Notes under the pieces: generated by a model | Told to the model about the DNA's origin: nothing | Seen by the model: only the letters and a program-made list of their open reading frames with translations | Databases searched by the model: none | DNA from: Macrostomum lignano | Taxonomy: Eukaryota | Length of the DNA stretch: 64,000 nt | NCBI GenBank assembly: GCA_002269645.1 | Contig: NIVC01001779.1 | Coordinates: 62,001 to 126,000, forward strand | Reading direction: 5' to 3' | Shown: positions 12,606 through 24,830 of the stretch, piece after piece | Layout: every line of letters starts with the position of its first letter | Position numbering within the stretch: position 1 is the first letter of the stretch | Translations under genes and position numbers: made by a program

Positions 12606-15069
12606 CTAGAGCTCGCCAATGCAGTTGGTGTTCAGAGTTACAAAGAAAATAGCAAACGGAATGGCCATCAGAGCCACACCGACGCTGACAAACACTTTGA
12701 AGAATAGCCGATCAGCGCAAAATCCAACAGTCTTCCATTCGTTTTTTACAAAACTGGAGTCGGAGATCTGGGATAATTGATCATCTGCATCGGCTGCAGC
12801 GGATGCGACTTTCCGCTGGCAGCATCGACCAAGGACGAATCGGTTGAGAAAGACTGCACGAACGAACCGGCTGCTGACGTTGCTCTCCTGCTTGAAGTGG
12901 CAGCTTAGAACGAATGCGTTGCAGAACACATTCAGGACTGTCATAAACACGGCCAAACTGAAGTACCAGGCTGGAATGTTAAGTAATAGCGTCAAATTTT
13001 AATCAACTGCAGCGAAGGCAACTACGAGGGTAGTCAGTTGTGCTTGACTCACTGATGAGAGGCACGGACTCGCTCTGCGTGGGCGTGTAGTTGCCAACCA
13101 GCTGCAGGAACACGCACATGGACAGCACGATGGTGATGCTGAAGGAGATTCTCTCGCCGCACTCTGGAGGCAGGTGGAAGGCAAGCGCAGAGACTCCAAG
13201 CAGGAGGATGCTGGGCAACATCAGGTTTATCAAGTAGAAAGTCGGAAGTCGCTGCAATTAGTGAGCTTGATCTAAAAGTCCCGTTTTTCATTTCTCTAGA
13301 ACAGGGGTCGGCAAACTTTACCTCAAGGGCCAAATACAGAGCTTAGCGCATGACTGCGGGCCAGAGGATGGTAGAAAGGAGAGACAATAGAGAAGAGAAA
13401 TGAGAGAAGAGATGCGACGGGCAAGAGGCGAGGCGAATAGAGAGCAGAGGAGAGGGGATAAGAGAAAGAAGAGGAGAGAGGAGAGGAGAAAAGAGCAGAG
13501 AGGATAGTAGGAGATAAGAGAGAGGAGAGGAAAGAGGAGACGGGACGAAGAGAGCTGAGAAGAGACACAAACCCTGAGTGGGCCGGGTTGCTATTGTGAA
13601 GTTTCAAAGGACCCCCAAGGCCTGGATAGAGAGGCGTTGCGAGCCGCATGTAGCCCACGGGCCGGAGTTTGCCGACCCCCGCAGTCTAAAACATGATCAA
13701 GGACAACAATTCACCTGAAATCCGACCCGGAGCATCGCCGTGTCAAAGAAGCCAAACGATCCGTTCTCTAGCCGCACCCACAGAATGCAGAACTCGCTGC
13801 TCTTCATGACGTACCTCGTCGGTTCGTCATTCTCGTATAGTGACTTGATGCGGATTTGAGTAGATCCCGTCGCCTGCTGCAGACTCGAGAGTCTGACAAA
13901 GCAGTTTTGCTTGTCAAATGGAAACATCTGCATATACATGCTACACTTTGTGGACAGGATCATTCCGGTACTACGCAGCACAATGCCAGAGGACATCACG
14001 GAAAGAATTGCGCGGCCCTCTGTGGCATCCGAGAGTTGTACCCTAAAGTAAATTTGTTTAAATGAAGCGTAACGGTATTTTGTTTAAATTCAAATTCAAG
14101 AATAATAAGTTCGGCTCACACGTCGTAAAAAGATGCGTCAGGTTGCCAAAGGGAAGAAGCTGGAAGGGTGATGGCGTGGACATGGTCCAGGCTGGAGTTG
14201 AACTGTCCTTTCCAAGCCAAGCGACTGTCGGTCCAGTGCTGTAATAATGACGTAATCATTAGCATCAAAGTCCTAGCTGTGGGGAAGCTGCGAGCTACAA
14301 ATTTATGACTATTCGTATATGGGCTTACCAATAACAACCACACCTTGAGTTGTATCTCTTGATTAGCGGAATCCTGAAAATAGTTGGAAGCTTGCGTCAC
14401 TAATTAGCTAATTGTAATGATCGATTGTGTCGATTGTCTTAGCGCCAAACAATGACGGATCATGCCTATGGTTTTTTAGTTCATCGTGGATTCGCTTCTC
14501 GTAAAAACTAATACCGGTACCGGTATATTTGGCTAACTCCAAAACCAAATCCACCATTCATTTTGTGGATGGACATTGACGAGGAGAAGAGGGCAAGATT
14601 GACCATACGAGCGTAGACTATTTTAAAAGACGTCTGTAACCAACAGGAAACATCTTACTTGCTAGATTTTAACAGGTCTTAACAGGTCATCTTCCAATGA
14701 ACGCTGCAAATGCTATAAACCAGCTTCAGAAGACTATTTTTTGCGGAGTGGAACTACCAGTAGCATCCGACGCTATGGCTACCGCTATTGATACGCTCGT
14801 AATAAGTTATTAATTTTATTTTATTAACAGTTGCGACTAAAGCTGAGCATGATCCAACCGCGCTAAGACACTCTTACCACTTTAACGATGGAGTTCAGAT
14901 AGATGAAGACATTGAGGATGTTGGCAAATCCGCTGTCAGGCGGCGGTCGGATTGCTTTGTTATACTCGGTGTCGAGCTTCAGCGCTGCCACCACGGCATC
15001 GTCTGGCGATGCGGCCGCTGAAGCAGCGGCGCCGACGAAGGCCAGGTAGATGAGGACTGGCACTGGCAT
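12606..15069 (-). CDS. Cys-loop ligand-gated ion channel, non-alpha nicotinic acetylcholine receptor-like subunit, ~415 aa (exons 15069-14878, 14373-14329, 14238-14120, 14042-13715, 13251-13053, 12970-12606)
   Basis: Signal peptide; YNKAIRP; 45-nt exon DSANQEIQLKVWLLL as in nAChR genes; WTDSRLAW; WQPD; Cys loop C-x13-C (CSMYMQMFPFDKQNC); M1-M4 with LPPECGERISF. All introns are GT-AG with matching phases, total 1248 nt. Confidence 0.93.
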
Positions 15070-15806
15070 ACCGGATGCTGCAAGAGCTCCCCGCGTCAGT
15101 GGCAGAACAGAGTGGCGAATCTATATAGCCAAATTTATAAGTCGTATGGATCAAGCGGATTCTAGCGCAAACAATTCCCCAGTGTCAACCAGAAGGACAG
15201 TATGACTTGAGCAGGTTAGCGCTTTATATTTGCTTAGTATCAGAGCGCGCCAGCTATCAAGTCAAACGACATAGGATTTTGCTAGCGATCTGACCAAGGA
15301 AGTTATGCCAGGAAATCAGTCAATTAGCGTTAAAACAAAAAGTTAATTTACTCAGCGATTTTTACTGTGCCAGCCAGGAAATTCTCTGGGCCGCGGTTTC
15401 TCGCTGCACTGTATATTGTTAGAGTAAACTTTTCTCTTGCGTGGATTATTTCCCATATTTGTCCTGCATGGCATGCAGTATTGCTATATAGGCTTAGAAC
15501 AACACATCAATCAGGAAAATTTCGTCACGATTACAGTGAATGACGGAGCTATCCAATTAGTGCGAAAGCATTCTCTGAGTACTAATAATCCAAATGGCAA
15601 GGCTCATTTATTCTTACAATAATTCTGTCAGGAATTCTATCAAAATGCAATATCTATTTACCTGTGTCCTTAGAGTTACATAAAGCTTTAAGCGCAGTGT
15701 TACATGAAGTCGAAATTCCTGATTGAATAAAACATACATCCTGCTAGACTTTCTCCCTGTCTTTGCGCTACTGAAAACATCTCCTCTCTGTCTTTGATTT
15801 GATTTT

Positions 15807-16541
15807 GCCAGAGTGTTAGCCAGAGAATGCTAGCCAGAGGATGCTAGCCAGAGGATGCTAGCCAGAGAATGCTAGCCAGAGAATGCTAGCCAGAGAATGC
15901 TAGCCAGAGAATGCTAGCCAGAGAATGCTAGCCAGAGAATGCTAGCCAGAGAATGCTAGTCAGAGAATGCTAGTCAGAGAATGTTAACCAGAGTTTTAGC
16001 CAGAGGACGCTAGCCAGAGGATGCTAGCCAGAGTGTTAGCCAGAGTGTTAGCCAGAGTGTTAGCCAGAGTGTTAGCCAGAGAATGCTAGCCAGAGAATGC
16101 TAGTCAGAGTGTTAGCCAGAGAATGCTAGCCAGAGGATGCTAGCCGGAGAATGCTAGCCAGAGAATGCTAGCCAGAGAATGCTAGCCAGAGGATGCTAGC
16201 CGGAGAATGCTAGTCAGAGTGTTAGCCAGAGAATGCTAGCCAGAGGATGCTAGCCAGAGAATGTTAGTCAGAGAATGCTAGCCAGAGTGTTAGTCAGAGA
16301 ATGCTAGCCAGAGAATGTTAGTCAGAGAATGCTAGCTAGAGAATGCTAGCCAGAGAATGTTAGTCAGAGAATGCTAGCTAGAGAATGCTAGCCAGAGAAT
16401 GCTAGCCAGAGTGTTAGTCAGAGAATGCTAGCCAGAGAATGTTAGTCAGAGAATGCTAGCCAGAGAATGCTAGCCAGAGAATGCTAGCCAGAGAATGCTA
16501 GCCAGAGTGTTAGTCAGAGAATGCTAGTCAGAGAATGCTAG
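15807..16541 (+). repeat. 14-bp minisatellite (GCTAGCCAGAGAAT and variants)
   Basis: Tandem units; the reverse complement of the array at 17833-20360. Confidence 0.96.
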
Positions 16542-16677
16542 GTGAATTAAAGCACTGAGTAGGTCCCTAGCGCATGATTTAAATTGATAATCTTTCAAAC
16601 TCATAGCTTTTTTCGACAGATTTGGATTAGTAGGCAAGTTTTTAAACTCAGACGCATGATTTCTGCCAACAAGCTGC

Positions 16678-16924
16678 CCATGCAGTCAGATGATGGACAA
16701 ACGGTCCATGTTTAAGGTCTCGAAAGCTGCCACTTCAACCAAAAGTCTTATCGATTCCATGCAGTCAGATGATGGACAAACGGTCCATGTTTAAGGTCTC
16801 GAAAGCTGCCACTTCAACCAAAAGTCTTATCGATTCCATGCAGTCAGATGATGGACAAACGGTCCATGTTTAAGGCCTCGAAAGCTGCCACTTCAACCAA
16901 AAGTCTTATCGATGCCATGCAGTC
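16678..16924. repeat. Three tandem copies of a 79-bp unit
   Basis: ATGCAGTC recurs at 16680, 16759, 16838 and 16917, with near-identical intervening sequence. Confidence 0.93.
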
Positions 16925-17832
16925 GATATGCAGCAGAAGCCGCCGCTTTGTTAAAAAAGTGAAGCGCTGAACGACATACCTGCTGATATTGGCAGGTCCA
17001 AGCGTCACAATGATTTTGTCAACAGTGAAGAGTGACGGGCGCTCCTCGCATTGCACTGGGCCTGTCTCCGCTCACACCAAAGTAAAGCTCGTTGAAGATA
17101 CTGCAGCTCCTCTAAGGCAGATGAAAAATTTAGTAATAAGGAGTCGTGCTTTGGCGAGTCAATATCGATTTCTCCCCACCACCCAAACCTCAGCCCCTTG
17201 AATCCGTCATGAGACAAGATTTGGGGATAGCGTTGCGGAAAGTCTTTTATCGTCTTCTGGCTCAGGGAAAACTGAAAGATGCTTTGCGGTAACAGTAGCT
17301 AGTCACAATTTTATTTTCTCAATCCTGATCTCTATAGCAGAGCAGTCTCCGTGCTTAGAATTTCCTGCGTCGTCAGTTATAATTACGCCATGACAGTCAA
17401 AGCGCCTGCAAATTTTTGTGCATTGTGAATTTGTGCTAGCTGAGACGGCAAGATGAAGTTTGATTCCAAAAATCACCAGCTAAAATTGTCTTAACAAAGA
17501 AGTTCTACTTCATCGTACAGATGCTATATGAGCCCCAGGCTAATAGGCAATTTATTATTATCTACATGTATAATTGAACTTCTAGTGGTCTTTGGATTGT
17601 TCCTTTTTGAAGGATTTTTTAAAACAGAATTTATTATTTTTTTAATATACTCGTTTTCCCTTTCAAAGTTGAAATTTGACTCTTTTTCCAATCGTTTGCA
17701 GCTTGTTTTGCGAATTCACTGTAAAGACTCAGGACGTCACAATATACTTCTCAGAAAAACATGTAAAAATGTTACAATAGTAACTTGATGTTAGTAACAA
17801 GCCACGCAGTTTTTACCGAACTCACTTTCAAA

Positions 17833-20360
17833 CTAGCATCCTCTGGCTAGCATCCTCTGGCTAGCATCCTCTGGCTAGCATCCTCTGGCTAGCATCCTCT
17901 GGCTAGCATCCTCTGGCTAGCATCCTCTGGCTAGCATCCTCTGGCTAGCATCCTCTGGCTAGCATCCTCTGGCTAGCATCCTCTGGCTAGCATCCTCTGG
18001 CTAGCATCCTCTGGCTAGCATCCTCTGGCTAGCATCCTCTGGCTAGCATCCTCTGGCTAGCATTCTCTGGCTAGCATCCTCTGGCTAGCATCCTCTGGCT
18101 AGCATCCTCTGGCTAGCATCCTCTGGCTAGCATCCTCTGGCTAGCATCCTCTGGCTAGCATCCTCTGGCTAGCATTCTCTGGCTAGCATTCTCTGGCTAG
18201 CATCCTCTGGCTAGCATCCTCTGGCTAGCATCCTCTGGCTAGCATTCTCTGGCTAGCATCCTCTGGCTAGCATCCTCTGGCTAGCATCCTCTGGCTAGCA
18301 TCCTCTGGCTAGCATTCTCTGGCTAGCATCCTCTGGCTAGCATCCTCTGGCTAGCATCCTCTGGCTAGCATCCTCTGGCTAGCATTCTCTGGCTAGCATC
18401 CTCTGGCTAGCATCCTCTGGCTAGCATCCTCTGGCTAGCATCCTCTGGCTAGCATTCTCTGGCTAGCATTCTCTGGCTAGCATCCTCTGGCTAGCATTCT
18501 CTGGCTAGCATCCTCTGGCTAGCATCCTCTGGCTAGCATTCTCTGGCTAGCATCCTCTGGCTAGCATCCTCTGGCTAGCATCCTCTGGCTAGCATCCTCT
18601 GGCTAGCATTCTCTGGCTAGCATCCTCTGGCTAGCATCCTCTGGCTAGCATCCTCTGGCTAGCATCCTCTGGCTAGCATCCTCTGGCTAGCATTCTCTGG
18701 CTAGCATTCTCTGGCTAGCATCCTCTGGCTAGCATTCTCTGGCTAGCATCCTCTGGCTAGCATCCTCTGGCTAGCATCCTCTGGCTAGCATCCTCTGGCT
18801 AGCATTCTCTGGCTAGCATTCTCTGGCTAGCATCCTCTGGCTAGCATTCTCTGGCTAGCATCCTCTGGCTAGCATCCTCTGGCTAGCATTCTCTGGCTAG
18901 CATTCTCTGGCTAGCATTCTCTGGCTAGCATTCTCTGGCTAGCATTCTCTGGCTAGCATCCTCTGGCTAGCATTCTCTGGCTAGCATCCTCTGGCTAGCA
19001 TCCTCTGGCTAGCATTCTCTGGCTAGCATTCTCTGGCTAGCATTCTCTGGCTAGCATTCTCTGGCTAGCATCCTCTGGCTAGCATCCTCTGGCTAGCATC
19101 CTCTGGCTAGCATCCTCTGGCTAGCATTCTCTGGCTAGCATCCTCTGGCTAGCATCCTCTGGCTAGCATCCTCTGGCTAGCATCCTCTGGCTAGCATTCT
19201 CTGGCTAGCATTCTCTGGCTAGCATTCTCTGGCTAGCATTCTCTGGCTAGCATCCTCTGGCTAGCATTCTCTGGCTAGCATCCTCTGGCTAGCATCCTCT
19301 GGCTAGCATCCTCTGGCTAGCATCCTCTGGCTAGCATCCTCTGGCTAGCATTCTCTGGCTAGCATCCTCTGGCTAGCATTCTCTGGCTAGCATTCTCTGG
19401 CTAGCATCCTCTGGCTAGCATTCTCTGGCTAGCATTCTCTGACTAGCATTCTCTGGCTAGCATTCTCTGGCTAGCATCCTCTGGCTAGCATTCTCTGGCT
19501 AGCATTCTCTGGCTAGCATTCTCTGGCTAGCATTCTCTGGCTAGCATCCTCTGGCTAGCATTCTCTGGCTAGCATTCTCTGGCTAGCATCCTCTGGCTAG
19601 CATCCTCTGGCTAGCATCCTCTGGCTAGCATTCTCTGGCTAGCATTCTCTGGCTAGCATCCTCTGGCTAGCATCCTCTGGCTAGCATCCTCTGGCTAGCA
19701 TTCTCTGGCTAGCATTCTCTGGCTAGCATCCTCTGGCTAGCATCCTCTGGCTAGCATCCTCTGGCTAGCATTCTCTGGCTAGCATTCTCTGGCTAGCATC
19801 CTCTGGCTAGCATCCTCTGGCTAGCATCCTCTGGCTAGCATTCTCTGGCTAGCATTCTCTGGCTAGCATTCTCTGGCTAGCATTCTCTGGCTAGCATTCT
19901 CTGGCTAGCATTCTCTGGCTAGCATCCTCTGGCTAGCATCCTCTGGCTAGCATTCTCTGGCTAGCATTCTCTGGCTAGCATTCTCTGGCTAGCATCCTCT
20001 GGCTAGCATCCTCTGGCTAGCATTCTCTGGCTAGCATCCTCTGGCTAGCATCCTCTGGCTAGCATTCTCTGGCTAGCATTCTCTGGCTAGCATTCTCTGG
20101 CTAGCATTCTCTGGCTAGCATCCTCTGGCTAGCATCCTCTGGCTAGCATTCTCTGGCTAGCATCCTCTGGCTAGCATCCTCTGGCTAGCATCCTCTGGCT
20201 AGCATCCTCTGGCTAGCATCCTCTGGCTAGCATCCTCTGGCTAGCATCCTCTGGCTAGCATCCTCTGGCTAGCATCCTCTGGCTAGCATCCTCTGGCTAG
20301 CATCCTCTGGCTAGCATCCTCTGGCTAGCATCCTCTGGCTAGCATCCTCTGGCTAGCATC
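17833..20360 (-). repeat. 2.5-kb 14-bp minisatellite (CTGGCTAGCAT[C/T]CT), about 180 units
   Basis: Highly homogeneous, with essentially one variable position. Confidence 0.98.
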
Positions 20361-21175
20361 GTCATGTTAGAGAATATTAAAACGGTACTGAATTTATGCA
20401 TTATAAGGGTTGAGAGAAGCCTTGTGGATTTGATAGCTAACCTTAAAATATTTAAATTACACTCGTATGTGCTACTGATGCTACTTACACAGATTGGAGA
20501 GTAGCATCATGATAATTTTAAAAAAGTATCTCCATGGCGACACCGCAGCACCAGCTGCCCATAGTCGCCAGGTATCCAAATGCCCGGAACCCCCTGCAGC
20601 TATGTCAAGTTTTTGGAATTTCTACTACCAACTCATGCATATATTTTTGCTGAAATCAATCACATGCCTACGTACCTAGATAGAAACAACTCATTTTATT
20701 GCTAAGGCAAAACGCTCAGTGATGAAGTTGACCAGTCTGAGCCTTCGGAGACACAAATTTCTAAAATCGATTCGTAGATTCCATACTATGTACAGTTGCA
20801 ACTGAATTCATTTCAGTCACTTCGTACAACCAAAAGTTCATTCATTCAATGCTGCATCTGCATAGCAATACACATTAGACAGAGCAAAGGTGACTTTCCA
20901 GTCTCTCCAATTTTAATCTATGGAGCATCGGTAGCCACATAAGTATCCATATAAGTGACGAAGGCGCAAAAGTCTCAAGCAAAATTGGTATGCGAGGATT
21001 TTATTCGAAAAACTCGAGCTTAAGCCTCGTATAAGTGTATTTTGCAGTTTTGATAGAATATTAAAATTCATAAATAGCCGTGCTCAGGTTATAGAACTTT
21101 TCAGAGGGTTATCATAAGCGCTTGAGGATAAGCTTGTCAAAGTAGGTCAAAAACCATATCGTCTCAAACGTCAGC

Positions 21176-21911
21176 TCAGTACACGCTGAACTTGACCCAG
21201 TCGGCGCTCGTCTCGATCTCCTCCTCCACCTGAGCGTCGGTGAACAGCAGCAGGCGGCAGGCTCTCAGCTTGCTGTTGTACAGCACGTGTCTGCAGTTGC
21301 CAGAGTTGAAAGCTGACATGACACAAGCCAGCTCGGAGTGAACATTGGTCAGGTCAGAGTAGCAGTACTCAGTGCTGGCATGGTAGCTGGTTCGCTTGAA
21401 CGGAGTCAGTTCAAAATTCAGATGCGTCTGAGAAGTCTTCGGCTTCCACTCGCAAGCAAATCCGAGTGAGTGAGGACAATAGAAATTTCCGATTTTTCCA
21501 TGGGACAAATGTATTACGCAGTTTTCGCCGGTGCCTCCGTTTGGCTCAGTTGAAGCACCCCACAGTGAGTCATTCAGCGGCATGATGCCGTTGCCGTTGA
21601 CCATCTGCCAGCCAGACTTGCTCGAGAATCTCTCGTCAGCCAAGTCGGTCACTCCAAACCAAATTCAGCAGCTACAGCTGGCGAAACTCGGCATGCTGCC
21701 GAGCAGCTGCAGAGAGCTGTACGAGTTGAGCAGCTCGCCTCCGATCATGGCGCACTGCCGGTTGGCCTCGCACCAGCTGAAGCTCGACGTTTGGTTCACG
21801 AATACGCACTTCCCGGCCAAGGCTGAGCGGCGAGGGGCACAGCTGGGCCAGGGCTGGCAGCAACTGGCTGGTAAGTATGCCTTGAAAAAGAAGCAGCAAA
21901 TTCAACAACAT
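21176..21911 (-). pseudogene. Secreted C-type lectin domain plus PAN/apple-like domain gene, disrupted by a frameshift and an in-frame TGA
   Basis: ATG at 21911 gives a signal peptide and CPSPLSL. A different frame continues AGKCVFVNQTSSFSWCEANRQC...SCSC*IWFGVTD...WGASTEPNGGTGENCV...FYCPHSLGFACE, then a PAN-like LACVMSAFNSGNCRHVLYNSKLRACRL. TGA at 21667-21665; frameshift at about 21818. Confidence 0.72.
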
Positions 21912-22729
21912 TGTGTCGATGCAGGCTCTTTAACTTAAAGTGAACGGCACGGATGCTATCTTTAGATAGTAAGTTTTTTTTAAGATTTTACCATTTTCAA
22001 GCATGTTCCATTTTATACCTTTTTTCAGCGTCATGAATGGTAATGGATTTCTAACTATGAACTTTTACGCATGCGATTGAACTATCTATGGTCATAATTC
22101 TCGAAGACCCAGACAGTTACTAAAGAGCTGGGCACACGAGGGAAAATTGAACTAACTAACGAACGAGCGGAGCGAGACAAGGGCCCCTACGATAACGAAT
22201 TATTTCCGCTCCTTTTTGTTACCACAAATATACGATTAGACGGAACGAACCGTCGAACGAATACACATCAGTAAATTTCTGACAAGCGGCTTCTGGTTCC
22301 TATTGGTCAATAATGCTTAAACAACATCATGCTCTACCCCTGGGTAATAGAAGTCTATATGAGGTTTGTGTTATCGTCGTGGGTCTTTACGACAATATAA
22401 CTCACGCAAGACTTGAAAGATTAAAACTTAGATTTTTACCGACACTCGGTACATTATTACGTTAACTCGCGTCTTCCTTTTCTTTCCTTTTATTATTTGC
22501 TAACTGCCCTTTATTATATAGCACTTTGTAGTCTAGGCTCTCTTAGCCATAGACAAGATTTCGTGGCATACTTTTTTGCGATTGAATTCGTCCAAACTGC
22601 AAAACCTTTCGTCCAATAACGCTTTCTTAATGGGAGCTAAATTTAGATTATACCATAGACAACTGTGTTCACGCAAAACGGTTCATCCAGTTTGTAAAAC
22701 ATTTCGTCTAAACCCTTCGTCCAAACAGC

Positions 22730-22903
22730 TGGAAGCTTCTCAATGCGCCCGGTTTGAACGTAGGTGTCGACAATCGTTTTGGCTGTCTTTCTCTTGATCC
22801 CAAGGATATCGGCCAGTTGTTTCCAATCGCGGCCTTCTTCAACAGCCAAGGCTAATCGCCTGCGGTCTTCGTTTGACACTGGATGGTAGGGGCCTCGGTT
22901 CAT
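22730..22903 (-). mobile_element. Truncated N-terminal HTH of a Tc1/IS630-type transposase
   Basis: MNRGPYHPVSNEDRRRLALAVEEGRDWKQLADILGIKRKTAKTIVDTYVQTG resembles paired-like transposase HTHs. The similarity stops after about 58 aa, and no catalytic domain or TIRs were found. Confidence 0.55.
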
Positions 22904-23680
22904 CTTCGACTGTTTTGCCGGGTTCAGAATGGAAGATTCTGTGGTTTAACAACATTCTCTTTGATTAAATAAAGCTAATCTAGCGCTCTTTTATGAAACT
23001 TATTGCTTGCGAGTAGCTCGTAAGCATTCGGACGTAAAGCATTCATACAACTGTGCAACTGTTGTTTCAACTGTGCCTACCTGAGCAACGACAAACCTAG
23101 TGTGTTCACCATAGATGTGGTAAACTTGCCCTCGACTTTTCTCTGGACATTTTCCAAAACTGAATGCATTCAAGGGTTGAGTGTTAACTTTTCAACCAAG
23201 GAAGGGAATTCGAAACGTTTAATGCTAGTGAATTTTCCCGTCGTAACTCAAAATAAGCTGCTATGCGAGTAAACTACTAACGAGTAAAAAGAAAGTAGTT
23301 TCTCGCTCTAGAAAATACAGCGAAAAAATGTGTCGACTATGCTGTCATTTTTTTCAATTTCTTTCTTTAAAGTCACTCACTGATGAGCATCACCGACTGC
23401 TTCTCGCCCTGCGTGGGCGTTTACCATTTCCCTCAACTCAATGTGATGTTGTACCAACGTCCGATCTCCTTCAAGATGCGATGCTTTTTAGCAATTAAAT
23501 GCTTTAAATTTGAAAATATTTTTAAAATTGACCGCATTTATGCGTACTATATTTGCGCAATGAAATATGAAACACATGAATAATGTATACACACACGGAT
23601 GATCTCGAAAATGCTCTAAGCTGTCTACTTATTAATCGACCACATAAGTAGTAAGTATAGTCAAGCGAAGAACCAACAGC

Positions 23681-23986
23681 TCAACGGGTTTTATCGCCTC
23701 TATGACCGAACGGCGAGCTCCACACGCGCATCTCGCCCGGCTGATTTCGCTCAGCATCGTAGCCGCGTCGATTCTCGCGCTGTACGGCCGCGTACTCGTT
23801 GCTAGGCAACACGGCGTAGATAAGGGCGCACACGCCAGCTACAGTTGCTAGGCAGCCGGCCAGCATGACCGGATTGATTCGGCCAGCGCTGCTCGGAGCT
23901 GCCCCGGAAATGTTGCGCAAATTCGGTCGCTCGCGCGATGAAGCCGCATCGCGATCGGCTTGCAACAGGAAGTTCAACAGGCGCAT
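23681..23986 (-). CDS. SMIM20: SMIM20 (MITRAC7 / phoenixin precursor) homolog, intronless; true start uncertain
   Basis: TM helix followed by NEYAAVQRENRRGYDAERNQPGEMRVWSSPFG, matching human [32 protein letters not shown]. The first in-frame ATG is 23986; the track start at 23998 is TTG. Confidence 0.85.
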   Translation of the reverse strand: MRLLNFLLQADRDAASSRERPNLRNISGAAPSSAGRINPVMLAGCLATVAGVCALIYAVLPSNEYAAVQRENRRGYDAERNQPGEMRVWSSPFGHRGDKTR

Positions 23987-24164
23987 CTCGGTTGGCAAGG
24001 ATCGAGAATATGATTTATTAATAATTGCCTTTAATCATGCAACCAAAATTGGAGACGACGGCAATTAATATCATTATTTATTTCTATTTTTTAATAACAT
24101 ATCAACTTAATTGGAAAAGGAAGATCTTTAAAATCTGAAGTTGCTCTGTTCTCAGCCACGTGAC

Positions 24165-24830
24165 CCTCATTCATGGTCCTAAGCCCCATTACCTAATGGT
24201 CCTCAGCCCCATGACCTACTGGTCCTAAGCCCCATGACCCACTGGTCCTCAGCCCCATGACCCACTGGTCCTCAGCCCCATGACCTACTGGTCCTCAGCC
24301 CCGTGATCCACTGGTCCTCAGCCCCATGACTCAATGGTCTTCAGCTCCATGACCCCATGGTCCTCAAGTATGACCCCATAGTTTTCAGCCCAATGACCCA
24401 ATGGTCCTCAGCCCCATAACCCAATGGATCTCAGTCCCATGATACAATGGCCCTGTCCCATGACCCAATAGTCCTCAGCCCCATGACCCAAAGTCCTCAG
24501 CCTCATAACCCAATGGTCCTCAGTCCCATGAAACAATGGCCCTGTCCCATGACCCAATAGTCCTCAGCCCCATGACCCAATAGTCCTCAGCCTCATAACC
24601 CAATGGTCCTCAGTCCCATGATACAATGGCCCAGTCCCATGACCCAATAGTCCTCAGCCCCATGACCCAATAGTCCTCAGCCTCATAACCCAATGGTCCT
24701 CAGTCCCATGACCCAATGGCCCTCAGTACCATGTCCCAATGGTTTTCAGCCCATGACCCTTAGCCCTATGACCCAACGGTCCTTAGCCTATTGATCTCAT
24801 GATCTTCAGCCCCATGGCCCTCAGGCTCAC
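24165..24830. repeat. Degenerate ~22-bp minisatellite (TGGTCCTCAGCCCCATGACCCA)
   Basis: Tandem, partly diverged units with higher-order blocks. Confidence 0.9.

Noticed and set aside
14239-14328. Stop-free 90-nt in-frame intron in the channel gene (possible functional retention)
   Set aside because: A 30-codon stop-free stretch is common by chance, the splice signals are strong, and the intron position matches conserved nAChR gene structure.
16541-17833. Protein-coding cargo in the core between the inverted arrays
   Set aside because: Only short ORFs without recognisable motifs. There is a donor-like CAG/GTATGT at 16979 but no convincing exon.
21060-21130. SECIS-like ATGA-N10-AAAA...GA downstream of the lectin gene (selenocysteine reading of its TGA)
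   Set aside because: The two helix II strands (TAACCCTCTG versus GTTCTATAACCT) do not pair, and the gene also has an upstream frameshift.
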